Positions 8,610 to 16,611 of a stretch of 64,000 nucleotides of DNA are shown here, in pieces. Source of the stretch: Candidatus Saccharimonadota bacterium. Its GTDB lineage: Bacteria > Patescibacteriota > Saccharimonadia > Saccharimonadales > JAXHMH01. The stretch is from assembly GCA_034521515.1 (NCBI GenBank), contig JAXHMH010000004.1, forward strand, positions 485 through 64,484, in the 5' to 3' direction. A program made the position numbers and the translations under genes. The notes beneath the pieces are model-generated. The model made no database searches, was not told where the DNA came from, and saw only the letters and a list, made by a program, of their open reading frames with translations. Each line of letters opens with the position of its first letter. Within the stretch, counting starts at the first letter, position 1.

Positions 8610-9674
8610 ATGGAAATTGCGATTGTTGTTTTGGGGTTGGTGGTTGTAGTTCTTTTGGCGGTGCTTATAAAAAAATCGACCTCTCAGGCTGATCAAGGTA
8701 GTACTATGATGCTTAAACAAGATCTGACAACGCTAAGTGAAAACGTCCAACAGTTAAAAGAAGGCTTGCATACTCAATTAAACGATCGTCTAGACAAAAG
8801 TAGTCAACAGATGGCTCGTCAATACGAGCAAAGTGCTGGGATTATTAAGGATGTGACAGAAAAGCTCACGGCGCTCGAAAAAACCAATCAACAAGTCGGC
8901 GATATTGCCGGTGAGCTTAAGGTGTTACAAAACGTGCTGACGAATCCTAAGCAGCGCGGCGGAGTCGGAGAATATTATTTACAAACCGTTTTAGAGAACG
9001 TTATGGCTCCCAGCCAGTTCAAGCTGCAATACGCGTTCAAGGATGGCGAAATTGTTGATGCGGCTATATTTATAGATAAAAAAATTCTCACGGTTGATTC
9101 AAAATTCTCACTAGAAAATTATAATCGGCTAATTGACGAAAAAGATAAGTCTAAGCGTGAGGCAATCGTGCGCTCGTTTAAAGCTGATCTAAAGAACCGA
9201 ATTGACGAGACCGCTAAGTACATCAGGCCTTCAGAAGATACCATGGATTTTGCCTTTATGTTCATACCGAGCGAAGCGATTTATTATGATTTGCTGATAA
9301 ATAAAATTGGAGCCAGCGGTACCAACGCTCGAGATTTACTGGAATATGCTTTTCGTGAAAAGAGCGTGATAATTGTTAGTCCGACGACGTTCATGGCGTA
9401 TTTACAGACAGTATTGCAGGGGCTACGGAGTTTGCAGATTGAAGAACAGGCTAAAGATATCCAGCAACGAGTTGGTGATCTTGGCAGGCATATCGGCGCG
9501 TATGATACGTTCATGCAAAAGCTCGGTAATAGCTTAGGTACTACTGTCAATCATTACAATACGGCTCACAAAGAGCTTAAGAAAATTGATAAAGACGTAG
9601 TGAAAATTGCTGAAGTAAGCCCTAGCGTCGAGCCTTTGTTAATTGATAAACCAAAACAAGACGAAGAACTTTAG
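8610..9674 (+). CDS. rmuC: DNA recombination protein RmuC
   Basis: N-terminal TM segment, then a coiled coil, then LTNPKQRGGVGEYYLQTVLE and the RmuC nuclease-like C-terminal region. I prefer ATG at 8610 to the TTG at 8592 in the ORF track. Confidence 0.85.
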   Translation: MEIAIVVLGLVVVVLLAVLIKKSTSQADQGSTMMLKQDLTTLSENVQQLKEGLHTQLNDRLDKSSQQMARQYEQSAGIIKDVTEKLTALEKTNQQVGDIAGELKVLQNVLTNPKQRGGVGEYYLQTVLENVMAPSQFKLQYAFKDGEIVDAAIFIDKKILTVDSKFSLENYNRLIDEKDKSKREAIVRSFKADLKNRIDETAKYIRPSEDTMDFAFMFIPSEAIYYDLLINKIGASGTNARDLLEYAFREKSVIIVSPTTFMAYLQTVLQGLRSLQIEEQAKDIQQRVGDLGRHIGAYDTFMQKLGNSLGTTVNHYNTAHKELKKIDKDVVKIAEVSPSVEPLLIDKPKQDEEL

Positions 9675-11053
9675 CTGTTTTGCAATAAGTCTATAGTTAA
9701 TGCTGCTGTCCATGAGAAGTTTTCTGCACCAGCCGGTTCTCCATTTAGTGGGTTGAAATATTCACGGAAACCAGCCTGTGCGACCATTTCTAGGGTTGAC
9801 TCGCGTAGTGCCTCGGCGTGATCTTTAAAGCCGTTCTGCCTCAAACCCTCTATGATAAGCCAATTGGTGTTTACCCAGGTTGGGCCCTGCCAATACCCAG
9901 TCGGTTTAAACCAGTCCGAATTGACGGCAACACTTGGCACTGGGTAAGCCGGGCCGTAGAGGTGCTTGTTTTCTAGTTGTTTTACTAGAACATTGGCGCG
10001 TTCTTGTGTAATGCAACCAGCGTACAATGGCATAAGTGCGGCAATGCTGGGTTCTTTAATTAGTGTATGTGTTACGAAATTACGTGAGTAATATTGGCTA
10101 CTGTACGGATCCCAGAGTTGCTCAAGTGCATCCTCGGTCTTTTTCATGCGGTTGCGCAAGTCTTCTGGTATTTCTTTTTTGATTGTTTTGGCCATGTCAC
10201 ACAGGACTTTGTCGGCACGTATGAGAATGCAGTTAAAAGTAAGGTCTTCAATAGAAAAAAGAGCGTGTGTCAAAATGCGACCAATGTCGTACTGTTTGCG
10301 GCGTAATCGTCGTTGTGTGCTAAAGAAGGCAAGCGCTTCTAGGGTGCTGAGGCGTTGTTCGGCTGGTATGAGTTTGGTATCACGCCTAAAAAGGGCTATA
10401 ACTTTATCAAGCCGAAGTTTTTCAACAACCTGAATCCAGAGGGGCATTTGGTGGTCTTTTAGCTCGCGCATCCAAGGCGGTGTGTTGTCTAAGCCAGTTT
10501 CCCAGGGGTGGATTTGTAGGGTTAAACCTTCGTTGTGCGGATCACGTTCGTTATGCAGCCACTCATGATACTTAAGAAGTGCCGGGTAAACGGTCTTAAA
10601 CCAGGTGCGGCGTTCTGGCAGGGATAGTTTTTGCCCAATTTTATAGACTGCTTCGGCTATGACTGGAGGCTGGGTAATGCCACTGGTATTAATATGATCT
10701 GGGGCATGCGGATTAACCCAGCTGAGCCAAATGTTACCATCACGGGCGTGTTTGTCGTGCGACATGATCATATTGGGAAGCATTCCGTTGCTCCATTGGC
10801 CAGTGAGCAAATGAGTTATTTCGGTTTGGGCGCGCTGCACATCATAGTGTCGCTGGCCGATGGCTATAAAACAACTATCCCAGAGCCATTGATGCGGGTA
10901 TAACCCCGGTGCAGGTACGGTGTAGTTGCCTTGATCATTGGCCTCAAGAACAGCTTTTGCCGCGTTAAACAAAGAAGGCTGCTCATTCATACCACATAGT
11001 ATACCTGACATATCTCCATCGCGCCTATGCTTGCGTAACTGGAATTCATCCAT
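9671..11053 (-). CDS. (alpha/alpha)6-barrel glycoside hydrolase, GH63/MGH1-like (glucosyl- or mannosyl-glycerate hydrolase or trehalase-like)
   Basis: Matches YPHQWLWDSCFIAIG, GITQPPV, HPWETGLDNTPPW and YWQGPTWVNTNW. The start codon is uncertain because several Met residues fall in the first 22 aa. Confidence 0.6.
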   Translation of the reverse strand: MDEFQLRKHRRDGDMSGILCGMNEQPSLFNAAKAVLEANDQGNYTVPAPGLYPHQWLWDSCFIAIGQRHYDVQRAQTEITHLLTGQWSNGMLPNMIMSHDKHARDGNIWLSWVNPHAPDHINTSGITQPPVIAEAVYKIGQKLSLPERRTWFKTVYPALLKYHEWLHNERDPHNEGLTLQIHPWETGLDNTPPWMRELKDHQMPLWIQVVEKLRLDKVIALFRRDTKLIPAEQRLSTLEALAFFSTQRRLRRKQYDIGRILTHALFSIEDLTFNCILIRADKVLCDMAKTIKKEIPEDLRNRMKKTEDALEQLWDPYSSQYYSRNFVTHTLIKEPSIAALMPLYAGCITQERANVLVKQLENKHLYGPAYPVPSVAVNSDWFKPTGYWQGPTWVNTNWLIIEGLRQNGFKDHAEALRESTLEMVAQAGFREYFNPLNGEPAGAENFSWTAALTIDLLQNS

Positions 11054-11077
11054 ATACTACGCGTAAAAGGAGTAACG

Positions 11078-11569
11078 ATGCCATATAACCAAGAAACTGC
11101 ATCTGAGACTACGCGTTTTGAAAGAATAAATGCTAAACGACACTTAAAGATTATTCGAAAAGCTTTGCTTACCTACCCACGCGAGGACATGGTTGATGTG
11201 GGAGTTGATGAATTCAACATTTGTAGCCGTGAAAGACCTTCACGCAACAGAACCAATGAGGTGAGGTTAGGGTTTAACGCATTAAGAGATGGCGTTGCTG
11301 TATTCTATGTAACAGAAGAATTTTTAGAGGATAGGTCGCACAGGTTTATTTTCCCTGATGACGGAGAGCCTAGGTATCACCGTGAACCATTTAATGTTGA
11401 TTGTCAGAAAATGCCATCTAGAGGACTTGATGTCGAAGGGGTGGATCAATTTATTTCGCATAGAGCAGTAATACATGAACTGGACAATATTGCCCCCGAA
11501 ATAACTTTGCTCAATGAAGGCAACTGGGTAGGATTGACACGTGTACGTGGTCGTTCCGCGCAATGTTAG
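11078..11569 (+). CDS. Hypothetical protein (163 aa)
   Basis: A strong SD (AAGGAG) sits 6 nt upstream of the ATG. I recognise no family. Confidence 0.55.
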   Translation: MPYNQETASETTRFERINAKRHLKIIRKALLTYPREDMVDVGVDEFNICSRERPSRNRTNEVRLGFNALRDGVAVFYVTEEFLEDRSHRFIFPDDGEPRYHREPFNVDCQKMPSRGLDVEGVDQFISHRAVIHELDNIAPEITLLNEGNWVGLTRVRGRSAQC

Positions 11570-12063
11570 CGGAAGTTGGTGAAATTTAGTGGAAAGTCAA
11601 AATCCTTGGAGCGTAGCAATTTCATAATGGCTTGCAGGTTGTCTTTGCTATTGCTGGTAACTCTAACTTCTTGACCTTGAATCTGAGTCTTTGCCTTGGG
11701 GAACTCTTCTCGGATAATCTTGGTAATTTGTTTGGCTTTATCTTGATCGAGTCCCTGGATAAAAGGGACTTCTTTGCTGGTTTTCATATTTGTGGTGACC
11801 GACTCTTTTGATGTGTCTAAAACCTTCTGGGATTGATTTCGGGCGCCAAGTTTTTTACGCACAATATCTAGAATGGCATCGATTTGCATATCGCTGTCGC
11901 CAATCACTTTTAACCCGGCCTTGTCATCATTGAGCCACTCTACAGTAGCCGGCGTGCCCTTAAAGTCATAGCGGTTTGCCATTTCACGCTGGACTTGGTC
12001 AAAAACGTTATTGATTTCTGCCTTGTCGTAGTCTGAGACTATATCTAATGAAAAATTTGCCAT
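11566..12063 (-). CDS. yajQ: YajQ-family nucleotide-binding protein (UPF0234)
   Basis: Full-length match to the YajQ pattern: FDIVSxxDxxEVxNA-like N-terminus, RYDFKG, and 165 aa length. Confidence 0.9.
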   Translation of the reverse strand: MANFSLDIVSDYDKAEINNVFDQVQREMANRYDFKGTPATVEWLNDDKAGLKVIGDSDMQIDAILDIVRKKLGARNQSQKVLDTSKESVTTNMKTSKEVPFIQGLDQDKAKQITKIIREEFPKAKTQIQGQEVRVTSNSKDNLQAIMKLLRSKDFDFPLNFTNFR

Positions 12064-12204
12064 ACTTCAAGTGTCGCATCACATCGGCCTGCTGTCTAGT
12101 AGGTCTGGCCGCTCGCTAATGCTTACGGCACACTGTAGGATTACCCTATAATTGTTCCATTGCCACATGGGATAAATTTCAAGGGGCGAAACGTTTGTGG
12201 CATC

Positions 12205-12213
12205 TGTTATACT
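12205..12213 (+). promoter_or_regulatory. Extended -10 TGtTATACT, 8 nt upstream of the pheS ATG (leaderless-type)
   Basis: cTGtTATACTacgcagtaATG. Confidence 0.5.
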
Positions 12214-12221
12214 ACGCAGTA

Positions 12222-13256
12222 ATGAAATACAAGAATAAGAAAATCGCTGATGCTGCCGATTTACTAAAAAAACGGTTGGATAAACTTGAAGATAAAGCCA
12301 GTATTTTGAGGGCGACTGAGTTAAAGGCGTTGTATGCTCAGATTCCGACGCTAAAACCAGAAGATAGGGCTGACTTCGGTAAGCAAATAAATGCTTTAAA
12401 ACAAGAACTTCAAGACTTAGTTGACAGCAAACAGCAAGCATATGACAGTTTGCCGCCGATTGACGTTACCGCTCCATTTGACATAAATACGTCAGAAGAC
12501 AAAAAACCTCATTTATTGAGCAGCAGTATTGGCAGTAGACATCCGCTTATGACAGAAATGCAGCGGATATTGGATATTTTTTATCGTATGGGTTTTACGG
12601 CTGTAGAATCGCGCCAGATTGATGATGATTATCACATGTTTGAGAGTTTAAACTTCCCGGAAAATCATCCAGCGCGTGACGATTACGATACGTTTATGAC
12701 AGAAGATGGCTTGGTAGCGCCGGCGCATACCAGCACTATGCAAAACCGGGTACTTAAGCGATATAAAAAAGATCTGGAAAAAGGTAACGACATAAGCGTG
12801 GTCATTCCTGGACGAGTATTTCGCAACGAAGATTTAGACGCTACTCACGAGCATACCTTCTATCAACTAGAGGGAGTGTACGTAGGTAAGGGAATTCATG
12901 CCGGTAATTTGATTGCCACGCTCAAGACATTTTTAGAAACTTACTTTGAACAGGAGCTTAAGGTTAAGACTCAGCCAGTTTATTTCCCTTTTACCGAGCC
13001 CAGCTTTGAGTTTGCGATTAGCCGGCCGAAGTCACTGCGTAAAGGTACTGGTACGGAGGATGATGAGTGGCTAGAATTGCTTGGTTGCGGGATGATTCAC
13101 CCTAATGTGCTAAAAATGGCAGATATTGACCCAGAAGAGTACACCGGGTTTGCTTGGGGGTTTGGTGTCGATCGCTTGGTACTCATGAAATATGGTATCG
13201 AGGACATTCGGCACTTTGAGTCAGCAAAACTAGAATTTTTGAGGCAGTTTAGGTAA
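12222..13256 (+). CDS. pheS: Phenylalanine--tRNA ligase alpha subunit
   Basis: Class II aaRS motifs (HPARD..., FRNE, GFAWGFGVDRL), and the gene lies directly upstream of pheT. Confidence 0.95.
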   Translation: MKYKNKKIADAADLLKKRLDKLEDKASILRATELKALYAQIPTLKPEDRADFGKQINALKQELQDLVDSKQQAYDSLPPIDVTAPFDINTSEDKKPHLLSSSIGSRHPLMTEMQRILDIFYRMGFTAVESRQIDDDYHMFESLNFPENHPARDDYDTFMTEDGLVAPAHTSTMQNRVLKRYKKDLEKGNDISVVIPGRVFRNEDLDATHEHTFYQLEGVYVGKGIHAGNLIATLKTFLETYFEQELKVKTQPVYFPFTEPSFEFAISRPKSLRKGTGTEDDEWLELLGCGMIHPNVLKMADIDPEEYTGFAWGFGVDRLVLMKYGIEDIRHFESAKLEFLRQFR

Positions 13257-13266
13257 GGAATGTAAT

Positions 13267-13287
13267 GAAACAAGAAACAAGAAACAA
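13267..13287. repeat. Tandem heptamer (GAAACAA) x3 in the pheS-pheT spacer
   Basis: Direct reading of the sequence. Confidence 0.8.
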
Positions 13288-13341
13288 GCAATCGTTTTCG
13301 AACTACTTTTTTAAACTATTTTTAAATTCAGGAGATTTACT

Positions 13342-15867
13342 ATGAAGGTCTCTGTTAATTGGTTAAAGCAGTTTACGGATATTGATTTAGCGGTTGATGA
13401 ATTGGTTAAAAAAATCGGCGCGCAGCTTGGTGCTGTTGAGGAAGTGATTGATATCGGCAAAAAATATCAAGGCATTGTAATTAGTAAAGTTGTGTCATGC
13501 GAAAAGCACCCAGATGCCGACAAATTGAGTGTTTGTTTGATAGATGATGGTGGTGTGGTTAAAAACGTAGTACGCGATAAGGACGGCTACGTCCAGGTTG
13601 TTTGCGGTGCACCGAATGTGCGTAAAGGATTAACAGTCGCTTGGCTGCCACCTGGAGCAACTGTGCCTAGTTCGGTTGATGACAATCCGTTTGTACTGGG
13701 CGCTCGTGAACTACGCGGCGTTATGAGCAACGGCATGATTGCCAGTGGGCACGAGCTAGCTATTAATGATGATCAGGATGGGATCATTGAGCTTGATTCT
13801 GAGTTTGCGCCAGGCACTGATTTTGCAGAAGCTTATCAGCTAGATGATTTTATAATTGATATAGAAAATAAAATGTTCACCCACCGTCCAGATTGCTTTG
13901 GTATTCTCGGGGTTGCTCGTGAGGTTGCTGGGATTACTGGCACGCAGTTCAAGTCGCCTGATTGGTACCTAACTTCAAACTTCAAAAACCAAAGTTCAAA
14001 AACCAAAACGTTGCCACTTGAGGTTGTAAACGAGTCTACCAGGTTGTGTCCGCGGTTTATGGTGGTAGCCATGGATGATGTTGAAGTTAAGCCAAGTTCG
14101 TTGATGATCCAGACATTTTTGACCCGAGTTGGTATCAAGCCGATCAATAATATCGTAGACATAACTAACTACCTGATGGTTTTGACTGGCCAACCGTTGC
14201 ACGCTTATGATTATGATAAGTTGGCAGATAACAAGAAGCAAAACGCAAAAAGTATTGAAGTTCGGGCATCTAAAAAAGGCGAAAGCTTGAAACTACTAAA
14301 TGGTAAAACCGTTACCTTCGATGATAACGGAACGGTTCTAATAACGGCTGGCGATGTGCCGATTGGGGTCGGTGGTGTGATGGGTGGCTCAGAGACCGAA
14401 GTAGACGAGAATACCAAACGTATAGTTGTTGAATGTGCCAATTTTGACATGTACACCATACGTAAAACTAGTATGAAGTACGGCTTGTTCACTGATGCGG
14501 TGACTCGTTTTAACAAAGGCCAGAGTCCGCTACAAAACAACATCGTACTACACGAAGCTATGGCGATGGTTTCTAGTATGAGCGGCGGAGTAGTGGCTAG
14601 TGATGTTATGGACGAGAAAGCTCAACTAAAAACGCCGATTGGAGTACACGTTCGAGCTGATTTTATTAATACGCGGCTTGGTCTTGATTTAGAAATAGAA
14701 GCTATAGCGCAGCTACTGCTAAACGTGGAATTTGACGTTCAAATAAATGGCCCAACACTGGTTGTGACTCCGCCGTTTTGGCGCACAGATATTGAAATAC
14801 CGGAAGACGTAGTTGAAGAAATCGGTAGGCTCTACGGCTACGACAAGCTTCCGCTTGAGCTGCCAAAACGTCGTATTTCTCCAGCCGTTCGTAATAGTTT
14901 GCTGGAACTAAAAGACCAAGTTCGTCACAACCTATCTAGAGCCGGTGCAAATGAAGTTTTGACCTATAGTTTTGTGCATGGTGATCTGCTAGATAAGGTT
15001 GGGCAAGACAAGCAAGAGTCGTTTAAGCTAAGTAATGCGCTTAGCCCAGATTTGCAGCATTATAGGCAAAGTTTGACTCCTAGTATATTGGAGCGAGTTC
15101 ACGCAAACATAAAGACCGGTTATGGTGAGTTTGCTATGTTTGAACTTGGTAAAGGCCACATAAAGGGGTTGCAGGATGAGTCAGAGCCAGAAGTACCAGC
15201 TGAGGTGCAGTTGGTATCTATGGTTTTTGCAGCAGACCAAAAAACACACAAGAGTAAATACAGCGGCGCAGCTTATTATCAGGCACTCCGCTACGCTAGA
15301 GAGCTTTTGTCAATTTTTAACATTGATTATCTATTGCAGCCAGGTGAAGGTCTCGAGTTGAGTGGCAACGGCGAAGTTCAGGTTTGGGCGCCTTATGAAA
15401 AGAGTAGGTCGGCTCGCATAACCAACAAGGACGGCCTGAATCTCGGTGTGGTAGGCGAGTTTAGCGCAAACGTACGCCGTGAACTTAAATTACCGAGTTT
15501 TACCGCTGGATTTGAAATAAAACTAGATGTACTTAAACAGGCCGCTCAGCCGGGTAAGTATACCGCTTTATCTAAGTTTCCGAGAGTACAGCAAGATATG
15601 ACGTTGCGTGTACCGTCAAAAGCGACTTTTGAGCAGGTAGATGCCGTTGTGAGGGAAGCATTGCCTACTGAAACGGAAGCAGAACACAGGACTATTACCT
15701 ATGAGCCATTGAGTGTATATCAGAAGAAAGGCGACTCGCAAAAAAATGTTAGCTTTAGATTTTCTGTTGTCTCTCATGAACGAACCATGGTGGCGCAAGA
15801 AGTTAATAAATTATTAGATGAAGTCGCTCAAGAAGCCAAGGCTAAACTTGGCGCAAAACGGGTTTAG
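13342..15867 (+). CDS. pheT: Phenylalanine--tRNA ligase beta subunit
   Basis: 841 aa with an N-terminal tRNA-binding (EMAP-like) domain, B3/4 and B5 regions, and a C-terminal FDX-ACB-like domain. Confidence 0.95.
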   Translation: MKVSVNWLKQFTDIDLAVDELVKKIGAQLGAVEEVIDIGKKYQGIVISKVVSCEKHPDADKLSVCLIDDGGVVKNVVRDKDGYVQVVCGAPNVRKGLTVAWLPPGATVPSSVDDNPFVLGARELRGVMSNGMIASGHELAINDDQDGIIELDSEFAPGTDFAEAYQLDDFIIDIENKMFTHRPDCFGILGVAREVAGITGTQFKSPDWYLTSNFKNQSSKTKTLPLEVVNESTRLCPRFMVVAMDDVEVKPSSLMIQTFLTRVGIKPINNIVDITNYLMVLTGQPLHAYDYDKLADNKKQNAKSIEVRASKKGESLKLLNGKTVTFDDNGTVLITAGDVPIGVGGVMGGSETEVDENTKRIVVECANFDMYTIRKTSMKYGLFTDAVTRFNKGQSPLQNNIVLHEAMAMVSSMSGGVVASDVMDEKAQLKTPIGVHVRADFINTRLGLDLEIEAIAQLLLNVEFDVQINGPTLVVTPPFWRTDIEIPEDVVEEIGRLYGYDKLPLELPKRRISPAVRNSLLELKDQVRHNLSRAGANEVLTYSFVHGDLLDKVGQDKQESFKLSNALSPDLQHYRQSLTPSILERVHANIKTGYGEFAMFELGKGHIKGLQDESEPEVPAEVQLVSMVFAADQKTHKSKYSGAAYYQALRYARELLSIFNIDYLLQPGEGLELSGNGEVQVWAPYEKSRSARITNKDGLNLGVVGEFSANVRRELKLPSFTAGFEIKLDVLKQAAQPGKYTALSKFPRVQQDMTLRVPSKATFEQVDAVVREALPTETEAEHRTITYEPLSVYQKKGDSQKNVSFRFSVVSHERTMVAQEVNKLLDEVAQEAKAKLGAKRV

Positions 15868-15936
15868 GTATTATTTACTTACGCCTAAAAGGTCGTAGAT
15901 TATTGGTTTAATAGATTAAACATCAAAACGCTATGC

Positions 15937-15965
15937 TTGAAATTTTGTCTAAAAGGGTGTATCTT
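15937..15965 (+). promoter_or_regulatory. Candidate sigma70-type promoter for the structured RNA
   Basis: TTGAAA (15937-15942), a 17-nt spacer, then TATCTT (15960-15965). The predicted start lies about 40 nt before the closing helix. Confidence 0.4.
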
Positions 15966-15974
15966 ATTTTTGCT

Positions 15975-16540
15975 TTGCTTGAGAGGCAATTAACTCTCGC
16001 AATCGCACACCGGCAGGTGTAATGAAAAATCTCGTTTTTCGAGAACAGTTTAGTGTGAAGAGGCTTTTAGCTGCTGGGAACCCCCGGCTAGAAGCTAACG
16101 ACTCATGCTTGGACTGCTCTCGGTTACCGGGAGGGAAGTGTTATGCAGCGATAACCGATCACTGACTATGGTAGTCGGATCGGAGCTCGGCGGAACCCCA
16201 CGAGCTGTCGCGCAGCATCGCTTCCCTCCCGAGTTCGATCAGCGCATGCGCTGACAACTACGGGCAGGGGTGAAACCTACTCGGTTCTTGGCCAGAAGGC
16301 TCCCGCCACCTTTTGGCCAAGGTCTTCGGACTCACCCCTGCCTGTCCAATCTAGTGCGATAATATATCCGCACTAAAAAGATGTGGGAGCGAGAGAGAGG
16401 CAAGCGTCCTCACAAGCCGCCAGGCGCTTGAGTTCCGGTCGTTGTATGACCGTTGAACGCAGCCAAAAAAAACGGCTGAACCTCTCTCCGCTCCCACACC
16501 CAATCATTACACCTGCTATACTCTCTATTTTTCATTAGTC
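15975..16540 (+). ncRNA. Candidate large, multi-domain structured RNA of unassigned class
   Basis: No ORF of 60 aa or more occurs on either strand across 15868-16611. The closing helix 16013-16025/16504-16516 has 13 bp.

Three multi-helix domains are closed by:
- 16129-16150/16211-16230 (about 19 bp)
- 16261-16273/16332-16344 (13 bp plus 1 more)
- 16383-16400/16481-16497 (17 bp with 1 bulge)

Hairpins include 16287-16321 (13 bp) and a cUUCGg tetraloop hairpin at 16322-16331. All G-U pairs are compatible only with the + strand. Confidence 0.65.
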
Positions 16541-16611
16541 GTGAGCTGTTCATGGGTTGCGAAAAGTAGAAAGTGGTTAACAGAGGCGCAATTGAGTGAT
16601 AAGCTAGACCA

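Noticed and set aside
12064-12221. T-box leaders upstream of pheS, and upstream of tyrS at 63219-63346.
   Set aside because: The upstream regions are only 158 and 128 nt and lack the T-box sequence AAUUAGGGUGGUACCGCG or a terminator/antiterminator pair. A -10 box 8 nt from each ATG argues for leaderless transcripts instead.
13267-13287. (GAAACAA)x3 tandem repeat, considered as a possible CRISPR-like or regulatory array.
   Set aside because: It is only three 7-nt units with no spacers, so it is a simple micro-repeat in a short intergenic gap.
15975-16540. Possibility that the structured region is RNase P RNA, tmRNA, 6S RNA or a group II intron.
   Set aside because: - RNase P: I find no GAGGAAAGUCC or ACAGAA.CCGGCUUA (the P4 strands).
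- tmRNA: there is no acceptor/T-arm-like pairing of the termini and no tag ORF.
- 6S RNA: the architecture is multi-branched, not a 6S-like rod.
- Group II intron: there is no GUGYG 5' end with a domain V-like hairpin, and no RT ORF.

The rejection is from memory of the consensus sequences only, and a covariance-model search is still needed.
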